In this document: in pieces, positions 18,443-26,531 of the stretch | Numbering within the stretch: the stretch's first letter is position 1 | Layout of the letters: every line of letters begins with the position of its first letter | The notes under the pieces: generated by a model | Database searches by the model: none | Told to the model about the DNA's origin: nothing | The model's input: the letters and a program-made list of their open reading frames with translations, nothing else | Translations under genes and position numbers: made by a program | NCBI GenBank assembly: GCA_040509495.1 | Contig: JBEVKW010000172.1 | Coordinates: 4,887 to 68,886, forward strand | Source of the DNA: Chitinophagaceae bacterium | GTDB lineage: Bacteria; Bacteroidota; Bacteroidia; Chitinophagales; Chitinophagaceae | Length of the DNA stretch: 64,000 nucleotides | Direction: 5' to 3'

Positions 18443-19138
18443 CTAATGCTTTAACATATCCTGTGCATACTGGATCCCTACTCCATATGAACCGCCAAAT
18501 CTTTTGATCAGATCGGTTACGCCTTTATAAGTCTCGCTTCTGGCCCAATCGCGTTGCAGCTCGAGAATATACTGCATAGCCGTCATTGGCTTTACACCTG
18601 CCTGTATCATCCTGTTGACAGCCATTTCATGCGCCTCTCTGCTTACATCACCGCTTGCATCAGTGATCACATACACGTCGAACCCTTCTGCTTTTGCGGA
18701 TAAGGCCGGCCCAACAATACATACGCTTGTCCATAGTCCCGCAAACACGAGCTTCTTTTTATTTTTCGCCACAATGGCTTTTTGAGCATTCAGATCTTCC
18801 CAGCAATTCATGGTTGTTCTGTCGATACTGAGATTCGCCGCGTAGAATTCAGTGATCTCCGGGAATACCGGACCGCTGAATGTTTTGGCAGCTACAGTAG
18901 TAACAACCGTTGGAATATTAAATATTTTAGACGCCCCGGCAAGAATGCCTGCATTGTTTCTCAAAACTTCCATTTCGATATTCTTTGTGGCAAAACCCAT
19001 TTGGCTTTGATGATCCACCAGTACCAGCGCATGATTTAGCGGATTCAGCAACTCGGGAGATGGTTTTTGCGCATACGACTGTACAGTAAAAACTGTGGTA
19101 AAAAAAAGTACTGCTATTGAATTGATTGTTCTTTTCAT
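18443..19138 (-). CDS. Isochorismatase-family cysteine hydrolase with a signal peptide (paralog of 50910..51611)
   Basis: Signal-like N-terminus ending YAQKPSP. VLVDHQ carries the Asp and GLWTSVCIVGPA the catalytic Cys context. By eye about two thirds of residues are identical to the product of 50910..51611. Confidence 0.8.
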   Translation of the reverse strand: MKRTINSIAVLFFTTVFTVQSYAQKPSPELLNPLNHALVLVDHQSQMGFATKNIEMEVLRNNAGILAGASKIFNIPTVVTTVAAKTFSGPVFPEITEFYAANLSIDRTTMNCWEDLNAQKAIVAKNKKKLVFAGLWTSVCIVGPALSAKAEGFDVYVITDASGDVSREAHEMAVNRMIQAGVKPMTAMQYILELQRDWARSETYKGVTDLIKRFGGSYGVGIQYAQDMLKH

Positions 19139-19202
19139 AATGTCTGTTTGGTTTGATTTGTTTTGGTTAATCTTAAAAGAAACCTACCCTTAACTCCTTC
19201 AA

Positions 19203-19426
19203 CTGGCCGGCATAGTTTCCCGCAGATGACGCAGATTTTGACAGCCTTTCTCAGGAGATGTTTTTCTGTTTCTGTCATGTTTACCGTTTATGATGCAGAT
19301 GGCGCAGATAATTTCATTACATCCTGTAATGATCTGTGGTATCTGTGTTACCGAAAAGCAGCGATCCAGAAAAGCGGCTACCTCAGCTACAGCAAAGGAG
19401 AACATGCGACATCTGGGGGAAATTAC
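19203..19426. repeat. CGCAGAT-rich palindromic intergenic element (MITE/REP-like), long copy
   Basis: The left arm ctggccggcatagtttcccgcagatgacgcagat (19203-19236) pairs with the right arm catgcgacatctgggggaaattac (19403-19426), about 16 of 19 core positions. There are inner inverted gcagatggcgcagata / atctgtggtatctgt repeats and a central attaca-tcc-tgtaat hairpin (19316-19330). Confidence 0.7.
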
Positions 19427-19473
19427 AGCAATCAATCAAAATGGTGTTCTTAACGGCAGGTTTAAATACCTGG

Positions 19474-19671
19474 TCAATCTGTTGCATCGTCAGTCTTCTT
19501 CAGCTGCAACAGCTTCGCCTCTTCCTGTGCAAGCACAGGCCCCCACAAGCTATCCCCGCATTCGTCCGGCAAATTGGGAATCGGTTCTACCTGTTGCCGC
19601 AAGCCTGCTTTCTGCTTTTCGCCATCGCCCGAATGCTGTATAGGATCAATGTTGGGATCTTTCTTGTCCAT
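19474..19671 (-). CDS. Possible small hydrophilic protein (65 aa), function unknown
   Basis: The ATG is preceded by an A-rich stretch (aaaaacaaaaaaagat), 62 nt downstream of the hydrolase stop at 19734. The product is low-complexity and acidic/basic. There is no homology evidence. Confidence 0.25.
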   Translation of the reverse strand: MDKKDPNIDPIQHSGDGEKQKAGLRQQVEPIPNLPDECGDSLWGPVLAQEEAKLLQLKKTDDATD

Positions 19672-19733
19672 ATCTTTTTTTGTTTTTAGAAAATAAATTG
19701 GAATGAGAAGGCCAGGTACTGTAAGGTCGTTTC

Positions 19734-20645
19734 TTACTCAGCGGTTTGTTCTGCCTGAAGTTTGGTGGTTGATGTGCGCGACACTTTCCTGTCAAGGAAA
19801 TCCCTGATCGTTGAAGCGATCTCTCCGCAGAAACTTTCGAGGGCAAAGTGACCCGTTGGATATAAATGGAATTCAAGATTCTTCACATCCTTTTTATAGG
19901 CCTCAGCGCCCACGCCCGGGAAAATATAATCGTCTTTACCGTATACGATCAGCATCTCCGGATCGTATTTCCGCAAATACGCCTGCCAGTTGGGATATTG
20001 CTTTACATTATTCCTGTAATCATAAAACATAGCGATCTGTATATCGTCATTTTCGGGCCGAAGCAGGTGGCGCAGATCGATCTCCCAGTTGTCAGGAGAG
20101 ATCACATCCGTATCAGGTACATTATGCGTGTATTGCCATTTCAGTCCTTCGGGGCTATGAAAGGCCCTGCATTTCTCAATAGCATCCTGGTCATTTCTGT
20201 CTTTCCACAATGCTTTGATCGGATCCCAGAAAGTTTCCAGGCCTTCTTCATAGCAACAACCGTTTTGCACGATCAGCGACTCGATTTTTTCCGGATATTT
20301 TGATGCCAGTGTCCAGCCGACTGGTGCGCCGTAATCCATCAGGTAAAGGCTGTACTTTTCAATTCCCAGTTGATCGAGCAGGCCTTCTACAATGGCAGCA
20401 AAATTACTGAACGAGTATTCAAACGCTGCGATAGGTGGCTGTTCACTACGGCCATATCCCGGATAGTCTGGCGCGATCAAGTGATACCTGTCTGACAGAT
20501 CATTGATCAGGTTGCGGAACATATGTGAGGAAGTAGGATATCCGTGCAGCAATACAAGTGTGGGTGCATCAGCCGGACCAGCTTCCCTGAAAAAAATCTC
20601 CACTCCATTTACAGTTAAAAATCTGTACTGTGTTTTGTTTGTCAT
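19734..20645 (-). CDS. Alpha/beta hydrolase (epoxide-hydrolase/haloalkane-dehalogenase-like)
   Basis: VNGVEIFFREAGPADAPTLVLLHGYPTSSHMFRNLI...APDYPGYGRSE and the nucleophile elbow LMDYGAP. It is a paralog of 21538..22416. Confidence 0.8.
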   Translation of the reverse strand: MTNKTQYRFLTVNGVEIFFREAGPADAPTLVLLHGYPTSSHMFRNLINDLSDRYHLIAPDYPGYGRSEQPPIAAFEYSFSNFAAIVEGLLDQLGIEKYSLYLMDYGAPVGWTLASKYPEKIESLIVQNGCCYEEGLETFWDPIKALWKDRNDQDAIEKCRAFHSPEGLKWQYTHNVPDTDVISPDNWEIDLRHLLRPENDDIQIAMFYDYRNNVKQYPNWQAYLRKYDPEMLIVYGKDDYIFPGVGAEAYKKDVKNLEFHLYPTGHFALESFCGEIASTIRDFLDRKVSRTSTTKLQAEQTAE

Positions 20646-20688
20646 CTTTTTAAATTTTATTGTTAGAAAATATAATTGGTTGATTGGT

Positions 20689-21495
20689 TTATTTTTCGCC
20701 CGCAGCTTTTAAAATAACTTTGGCTACTTCTTCAGGTTTTGATAACATGGAGACGTGACTTGCCGGAAGATGCGTAGTGATAGCACCGATGTTCTTCGCC
20801 ATTTCCTTCTCGAGTTGCGGTGAAATGATCTGGTCATTGTCTGATACGATGTAATAAGAGGGTTTGTTCTTCCATGCAGGCTTGGTGATCTTAGCGCCAA
20901 GTGTACTTACATGAAAACGGCCCTGCACTGCTGCAATATTCTTCGCTTCCTGCGGCGGCAGGTCTTGTGCAAAATACCTGACCACTGTTTCTTCTTTTAA
21001 ACGGATATAACCATCGGTCACCACCGGATCGCTCAATCCCGGAACACCAGGCACCTTCCTCACCTCGTGCGCATCTTTGCTGAGGCTTTCGATGCTTTGT
21101 CCCGCATCAGGTGCATAGGCTGCTACATACACAAGCGCTTTCACTTTTTCCGCATTCCCTGCTTCCGTAATAACAACGCCACCCCATGAATGACCAACGA
21201 GGATAACATCACCCTGAACTTCTGCAAGGGCTCTTTCTGTAAAAGCCACATCGTCGCTTAAAGAGGTAAGCGGGTTCTGCACACTGATGGTTTGATAACC
21301 TTTCTTTTGCAGGATCGGTATCACTTTGTTCCATGATGAACCGTCGGCAAATGCACCGTGTACCAATACAATGGTCGGCTTGCCTGCAGGATCCTGTGTT
21401 GTTGAGGGTTTACTTATATCGGCCAGGTAAAGACCAGATAGTAAAGAGAAAATCAGGGCGATGCTGCCCAGGTAGTTTGATCTCAGCTTTTTCAT
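20689..21495 (-). CDS. Secreted alpha/beta hydrolase
   Basis: Signal peptide, PTIVLVHGAFADGSSW and VGHSWGG (GxSxG). Confidence 0.8.
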   Translation of the reverse strand: MKKLRSNYLGSIALIFSLLSGLYLADISKPSTTQDPAGKPTIVLVHGAFADGSSWNKVIPILQKKGYQTISVQNPLTSLSDDVAFTERALAEVQGDVILVGHSWGGVVITEAGNAEKVKALVYVAAYAPDAGQSIESLSKDAHEVRKVPGVPGLSDPVVTDGYIRLKEETVVRYFAQDLPPQEAKNIAAVQGRFHVSTLGAKITKPAWKNKPSYYIVSDNDQIISPQLEKEMAKNIGAITTHLPASHVSMLSKPEEVAKVILKAAGEK

Positions 21496-21537
21496 TTTGC
21501 GTTTTTTGGTTTGATGAATGGTTATTGATCGTACCGC

Positions 21538-22416
21538 TCACAATGTGTTGCTTGTTTTGCGGTCATAAATGAAACGATGTATCAACTCTGCCACATACTG
21601 GTGATGCTCTTCGAGCAGGCAATGTCCTCCGTCGATCTGCACTATTTCTGCAGCAGGAAGGTCTTTTTTATACGCCTCTGCTCCTGCCGCGATGAACATC
21701 GCATCATTCTTTCCCCAGAGCACCAGTGTTTCAGGCAATGAGGTCCTCAAATATTCTTGCCATTCGGGGTATTTCAGATAATTATGCTGGTAATCGCGGA
21801 AGAGGGCCAATTGGATTGTATCGTTTCCCGGCCTGTCGAGATAATACTGATCCGTGATATAGCTATCGGGATTGACTGTAGCAGGATCACCCGCACCGTG
21901 CAGGTATTGCCATTTGGTAGCATCCAGGCTTAAGAAAAATCGAACAGCTTTTTCATTTTCCTCATCCGGTTGTTGTGCGTACTGCGTCAGTGGTTGCAAT
22001 AATGACCCCAACCCTTCTGCATACGCATTTGCATTTTGAATGATCAGTGCGCGGAAAAGCCCCGGCCGGCGGACGGCAATTCTCATTCCTACTGGTCCGC
22101 CATAATCCTGCATATAAAGTATGATGTTGTTTAGTTGAAGCTCATCGATAAACCGTTCGATCACTATCGAAAGGTTATCAAATGTGTAAGTGAATTCCTT
22201 CACATCCGGCGCATGGCTCTGTCCAAATCCGGGGTAGTCCGGCGCTATGAGGTGAAAGGAATCCGACAGTTCCCTGATCAGATCCCTGAACATATGCGAG
22301 GAAGACGGGAACCCGTGTAATAAAAGCAATGTGGGCTGATCTTTGCTGCCCGCTTCACGATAAAAAATATCGATACCATTGATGGCTACCGTTCGGTAGA
22401 ATATTTTGTTTTTCAT
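21538..22416 (-). CDS. Alpha/beta hydrolase (epoxide-hydrolase-like), paralog of 19734..20645
   Basis: INGIDIFYREAGSKDQPTLLLLHGFPSSSHMFRDLI...APDYPGFGQS and MQDYGGP. Confidence 0.8.
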   Translation of the reverse strand: MKNKIFYRTVAINGIDIFYREAGSKDQPTLLLLHGFPSSSHMFRDLIRELSDSFHLIAPDYPGFGQSHAPDVKEFTYTFDNLSIVIERFIDELQLNNIILYMQDYGGPVGMRIAVRRPGLFRALIIQNANAYAEGLGSLLQPLTQYAQQPDEENEKAVRFFLSLDATKWQYLHGAGDPATVNPDSYITDQYYLDRPGNDTIQLALFRDYQHNYLKYPEWQEYLRTSLPETLVLWGKNDAMFIAAGAEAYKKDLPAAEIVQIDGGHCLLEEHHQYVAELIHRFIYDRKTSNTL

Positions 22417-22456
22417 CTTTTGTTTTTCTTTGTCGATAATTTTTTTGATCGCTCTC

Positions 22457-23344
22457 CTATGCCGGATAAACTTCCAGGTTGGCTAACTCATACTTCTTCA
22501 CTTCGGAAAAATTCTTTCCGCTTCCTTTTTTAAAGAACTTGCTGAAATGAGCATAGTCGCTGAAGCCAAGATCGCAGGCCACTTCTTTAAGACTGGCACC
22601 GGTGAGATTCACTTTCCTGATGGCCTCCATGATGACCCGTCTCCGGATATGTGAGCTGGCAGACTTTCCTGTTGCCTTTTTGATCGCAAGGTTCAGGTAA
22701 CTGGGAGTAATGGAAAGCAGGGCTGCATAGTCGGACACCTTTTTGTTGGTTCTGAAATTCTTTTCCAGCAGAACATTGAACCGCTGGATCAGTAAGAACT
22801 TTCTTCCATCATCGGGATCGTCACGCAGCCGGTTGATCTTTCTCATCAGGTTGAACAGTAACACGTTCATAAATCCGCTCAGGATCTGCAGCTTGAAATT
22901 GCTTTGTGTCTCGAACTCTACGCGCATCATCTCGCACAACTTTATACTCTCATACATCGCTGTTTCTTCTAACCTGATCACGTCTTTCTGCAAAGACATT
23001 ACCTGGAACGCCGGAAAATACAAACCGGCAAACTCCCTGTCGCCGCTGAGGATAAGCGCCTGGTTAAACCGTATCAGGAAGCCCTCAGTATCTTTACCTG
23101 TTTCAACCCGGTTATACCTGTTGCGCGATGTGCAGTAAAAACTATTGGCAGAAAGTAGCGGCCTGCTTTCCGGTAATGCAAGTGTTGCTTTGCCGCGCGA
23201 GACCAGGCAGATCTCAAACATATCCTCTCCTACAGGTGCGTCTTGCAGATCTGGAAGGTTTGAAAGGGGTTGTATGCTGAAATAAGCATACTGACCGGGC
23301 ATTTTAAAAGCCGGAGGAGCATCGGCTGTAAAGATTTTCTTCAT
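22457..23344 (-). CDS. AraC family transcriptional regulator
   Basis: C-terminal double HTH (VSDYAALLSITPSYLNLAIKKATGKSASSHIRRRVIMEAIRKV...ACDLGFSDYAHFSKFFKK) and an N-terminal cupin-like sensor region. It is embedded in the hydrolase operon. Confidence 0.85.
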   Translation of the reverse strand: MKKIFTADAPPAFKMPGQYAYFSIQPLSNLPDLQDAPVGEDMFEICLVSRGKATLALPESRPLLSANSFYCTSRNRYNRVETGKDTEGFLIRFNQALILSGDREFAGLYFPAFQVMSLQKDVIRLEETAMYESIKLCEMMRVEFETQSNFKLQILSGFMNVLLFNLMRKINRLRDDPDDGRKFLLIQRFNVLLEKNFRTNKKVSDYAALLSITPSYLNLAIKKATGKSASSHIRRRVIMEAIRKVNLTGASLKEVACDLGFSDYAHFSKFFKKGSGKNFSEVKKYELANLEVYPA

Positions 23345-23348
23345 TGCA

Positions 23349-24191
23349 TTAAAGTCTTTGAGTGAGCCAGCTGATTATATCATTTAAAACAACCTCATTA
23401 TCGAGGTCGTTCAACAGATCATGATAATGTCCTTCATACAACTTCAGCTCCCGGTCAATGGAAGAAACATGTTGCATGATGTACTTGCTTCCCGAGGGCT
23501 TTGTTGCCCTGTCTGCCGTTCCATGAAGAAGCAAGAGAGGGAGTGTGATCCGGCTGATCTCTTTCTTCATAAAGGCTGATGCCAGCAGCAGTTGCTGCAT
23601 CGTTTTAACGGGTTGCTTCTCATTGATCGTTAGCGGATCATTTGTCATCGCATTCACAACAGCCATATCTCGGGAGAAGTCGGCATTCTTCAATTGGATC
23701 AGCTTTGCATGCGGAATAAAATGAGCCAGCATTTTTATAATGCCCAGTGCAAAACCGGGAGCTGGCAACTGAAAGGCAATGCTCTCAGATATGAGGCCCT
23801 GTAACTTATCTTGATAAAGAATTGCATACACTGAGGCGAAGACACTGCCGGCACTATGTCCGAATAAAAAAATGGGTAACGGCGGCTGTGAGGTCGCGAT
23901 CCTGACTAATTCATTAATGTCAGCAATAATATCGCGATAGTCGTTGATGTAATAACGTTCACCGTCGGAATGGCCCCGCCCCCGTAGATCCAGTGCATAC
24001 ACATCAAAATCATTTTCCGTTAACCGGAGAGCCAGCTTTTGAAAATAATAGCTATGTGAGTTCAGGCCATGAACAAGCAACACAATTCCTTTTGGATTGT
24101 TGTTCGTCTTCCATACACGATAAAAAATAGTCTGTCCATCATTTGTTTTAAAGTCAGCAGTAAACTGGCTGTCGTTTGGATGCATAAGCAT
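23349..24191 (-). CDS. Alpha/beta hydrolase (monoacylglycerol-lipase/lysophospholipase-like)
   Basis: VLLVHGLNSHSYYF, DLRGRGHSDG and GHSAGS (GxSxG). It is the first gene of a tightly spaced operon (gaps of 4-43 nt). Confidence 0.8.
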   Translation of the reverse strand: MLMHPNDSQFTADFKTNDGQTIFYRVWKTNNNPKGIVLLVHGLNSHSYYFQKLALRLTENDFDVYALDLRGRGHSDGERYYINDYRDIIADINELVRIATSQPPLPIFLFGHSAGSVFASVYAILYQDKLQGLISESIAFQLPAPGFALGIIKMLAHFIPHAKLIQLKNADFSRDMAVVNAMTNDPLTINEKQPVKTMQQLLLASAFMKKEISRITLPLLLLHGTADRATKPSGSKYIMQHVSSIDRELKLYEGHYHDLLNDLDNEVVLNDIISWLTQRL

Positions 24192-24218
24192 TAGTTAAGC
24201 TTGAGGGTGGTGATTGTT

Positions 24219-24242
24219 GCTATACAGATCGTCTGTTATAGC
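24219..24242. promoter_or_regulatory. Near-palindrome GCTATACAGAtcgTCTGtTATAGC just upstream of the hydrolase operon
   Basis: It lies 28-51 nt upstream of the start at 24191. Outer 6-bp and inner 4-bp arms are complementary, with a one-nucleotide bulge. Confidence 0.3.
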
Positions 24243-24381
24243 AGATCACTTGTTTGCATCCAGTTAGTCCATTAATATGCCACTTCACAAATAAAAACAG
24301 ACCATACAGATTGACTGCTTCAATCCGTTCTTAGTCAGTGTCTTAATAAAGTGTGTGCAGATCGGGGGAATATAAAAATGA

Positions 24382-24414
24382 AATAGCAACTCCATTTTAT
24401 TGGGAGTTGCTATT
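24382..24414 (-). terminator. Rho-independent-type terminator downstream of the sigma54 regulator gene (possibly bidirectional)
   Basis: A perfect 12-bp stem aatagcaactcc / ggagttgctatt with a 9-nt loop. On the minus strand it is followed by ttcatttttatatt, and on the plus strand it is flanked by a run of A. Confidence 0.6.
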
Positions 24415-24563
24415 AAAAAAATCCAAAAATTTTGGAGATAGTATTTGCGTTATTTTGACGAGGTGGTAGTAACTGGAGTTGAAAGCCAGTACCGGAACGT
24501 GAAGTTTTTTTCAGTGACCATCAAAAAAACAACACCGGTTTGTCCGCCATCAATCAGCATGCT

Positions 24564-26531
24564 TTAATAAGCGTGCTGATCATCTGAAATATCTTCCTTG
24601 GTGATGTTCAGCTTTGCTATCTTGGCTTCAAGCGTTGTCGGTTTGATATTTAATAATTCCGCTGCCCCTTTGACTCCGCGGATCCGTCCTTTAACTTTTT
24701 TCAGAACGGAGATCATGTAAGATCTTTCGGTCTCCCGCTGGATCTGTTTGATATCTTCAAACGAGTTCGTCAGCCCGTTGCCAACCTCTTTTTCCTCTAT
24801 CCGGGCTAACACCCTTTTTAATTCGAGTTTTGATTTTCCGTCATTCAGGATCACGGACTGTTCCAGAATATTTCCCAGCTCGCGGATATTACCGGGCCAG
24901 TCATAGGCTGCGAGTTCATCGGCCATTGACGGCGAAATGCCATGAAAGGGCTTATTGAATTCCCTGCAAAATTTATCTGCGAAATATAATGCAAGCGCAT
25001 ATATATCACTTTTCCTTTCACGTAAAGGAGGAAGCGTGATGGGAAAGGCATTCAACCGATAATAAAGATCCAGCCTGAACCTTCCCTGTGCTACTTCCTG
25101 CTCCAGATTCTTGTTGGTCGCTGCCACAACGCGTACATTAACCTTGATCGGAGATGAACCACCTACATATTCTATCTCCTTTTCCTGTAAAACACGCAGC
25201 AGTTTTACCTGCATGGCCAGTGGCAATTCCCCGATCTCATCCAGGAAAATGGTTCCGCCCTGCGCCTGCTCGAATTTACCTTTCCTTTTTTCACTGGCGC
25301 CTGTGAACGCGCCCTTCTGATGCCCAAATAATTCAGACTCGATCAGTGTAGGCGGAATGGCGCCACAATTCACTTTGACGAAAGGTTCTTTTTCCCTTCC
25401 TGAAAGGGTGTGGATCAGTTGGGCCACTTTCTCTTTGCCTGTTCCACTTTCTCCGAATATTAAGACCGACGTATTGTAGGGCGCTACCTGTGCCGTAAGA
25501 TCAAGGGCAGACAGCAATAAGTGATGGCTGCCGATAATGCTTTTAAATCTCACATCATTGACCTCCTGATGGAGCAATTGCCCGGAATTATCGGGAAGAG
25601 CCAATAAAGAAGCCGCAGCATTTGAATACAATCTTTCCGCAACCTCAGTAAGGCAATCATTCAATCTGCTTAATAACGCAACATGATCGTCTGTATAAAT
25701 GTTTCCCTGCCGACTGTAAAAGAAGTACTGCACTGACCGTCCATCACTCAGGTTGACGGTGAGAGAAAGATATGACTGCAAATTGAACGCCTGCGTCATC
25801 AAACCAGACAAAGTCGATACCACTTCTTGCTTCTCCGTTCCGCCCCTTGAGATGCCTGTTTCACCAGCTTCAGCAATGCCCGGGTCTGCCGGAACCTCAC
25901 TCTCTTTCATCCCCGTGATGATCAGCAACTCTTTTTTACTGATGAACTGGTATTCATCAAATCCTATACGCAGGTATCCCTTGTCAATTGAAGGGTTGCT
26001 GACCGTTTCTTTGTATGCCGAAATAAAAAGATCAAATGGAATAGAAGACTGCAGTTGCCTGACGATCTTCAAGATCCGTTGGTCAACTGAAATAGCTTCA
26101 CTGCTGGCTTTTTTGAGTTTATCCTCGAGCAACGCTTCCTGTCGGAGTTTTGATTGAGTGCTTTGTTCATGACGGTACCACGCAATGTCCAGCGTTACGA
26201 GAAGGTCTTTTTTGCGGAATGGTTTTACCAAAAAACCGTAAGGGTCGGTTGCTTTGGCTTCTTCCAGGATTTTCTGGCTGGAATTAGCCGATAAAAAAAC
26301 GAAGGGGATATTTTCAGCCCGCAGCTCTTTTGCTATTTCAATACCAGAAGAATTTCGTTCCAGGCGGATATCGAGCAGAACCATATCCGGCTTGTTGCGT
26401 GCGATCATTTCTGCCGATTCATCTGCGGAAGCTGCAATACCCGTTACATTGTAGCCAGCCCCCGTTAAGATCAACCGGAGATCATTCGCTACGATAAATT
26501 CGTCTTCTACTATCAATAAAGTCTTACTCAT
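24564..26531 (-). CDS. Sigma54-dependent response regulator (REC, GAF-like middle domain, AAA+ sigma54-interaction domain, Fis-type HTH)
   Basis: REC (LLIVEDEFIV...MVLLDIRL), Walker A GESGTGKE, GAFTGA motif (GHQKGAFTGA), and a C-terminal HTH (GAAELLNIKPTTLEAKIAKL). Confidence 0.9.
   Translation of the reverse strand: MSKTLLIVEDEFIVANDLRLILTGAGYNVTGIAASADESAEMIARNKPDMVLLDIRLERNSSGIEIAKELRAENIPFVFLSANSSQKILEEAKATDPYGFLVKPFRKKDLLVTLDIAWYRHEQSTQSKLRQEALLEDKLKKASSEAISVDQRILKIVRQLQSSIPFDLFISAYKETVSNPSIDKGYLRIGFDEYQFISKKELLIITGMKESEVPADPGIAEAGETGISRGGTEKQEVVSTLSGLMTQAFNLQSYLSLTVNLSDGRSVQYFFYSRQGNIYTDDHVALLSRLNDCLTEVAERLYSNAAASLLALPDNSGQLLHQEVNDVRFKSIIGSHHLLLSALDLTAQVAPYNTSVLIFGESGTGKEKVAQLIHTLSGREKEPFVKVNCGAIPPTLIESELFGHQKGAFTGASEKRKGKFEQAQGGTIFLDEIGELPLAMQVKLLRVLQEKEIEYVGGSSPIKVNVRVVAATNKNLEQEVAQGRFRLDLYYRLNAFPITLPPLRERKSDIYALALYFADKFCREFNKPFHGISPSMADELAAYDWPGNIRELGNILEQSVILNDGKSKLELKRVLARIEEKEVGNGLTNSFEDIKQIQRETERSYMISVLKKVKGRIRGVKGAAELLNIKPTTLEAKIAKLNITKEDISDDQHAY

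Noticed and set aside
19163-19689. Overlapping ORFs of 78-117 codons on both strands in the spacer after the hydrolase operon
   Set aside because: They overlap the palindromic CGCAGAT element, which creates mirrored open frames. Only 19474-19671 has a plausible start context, and I kept it at low confidence.
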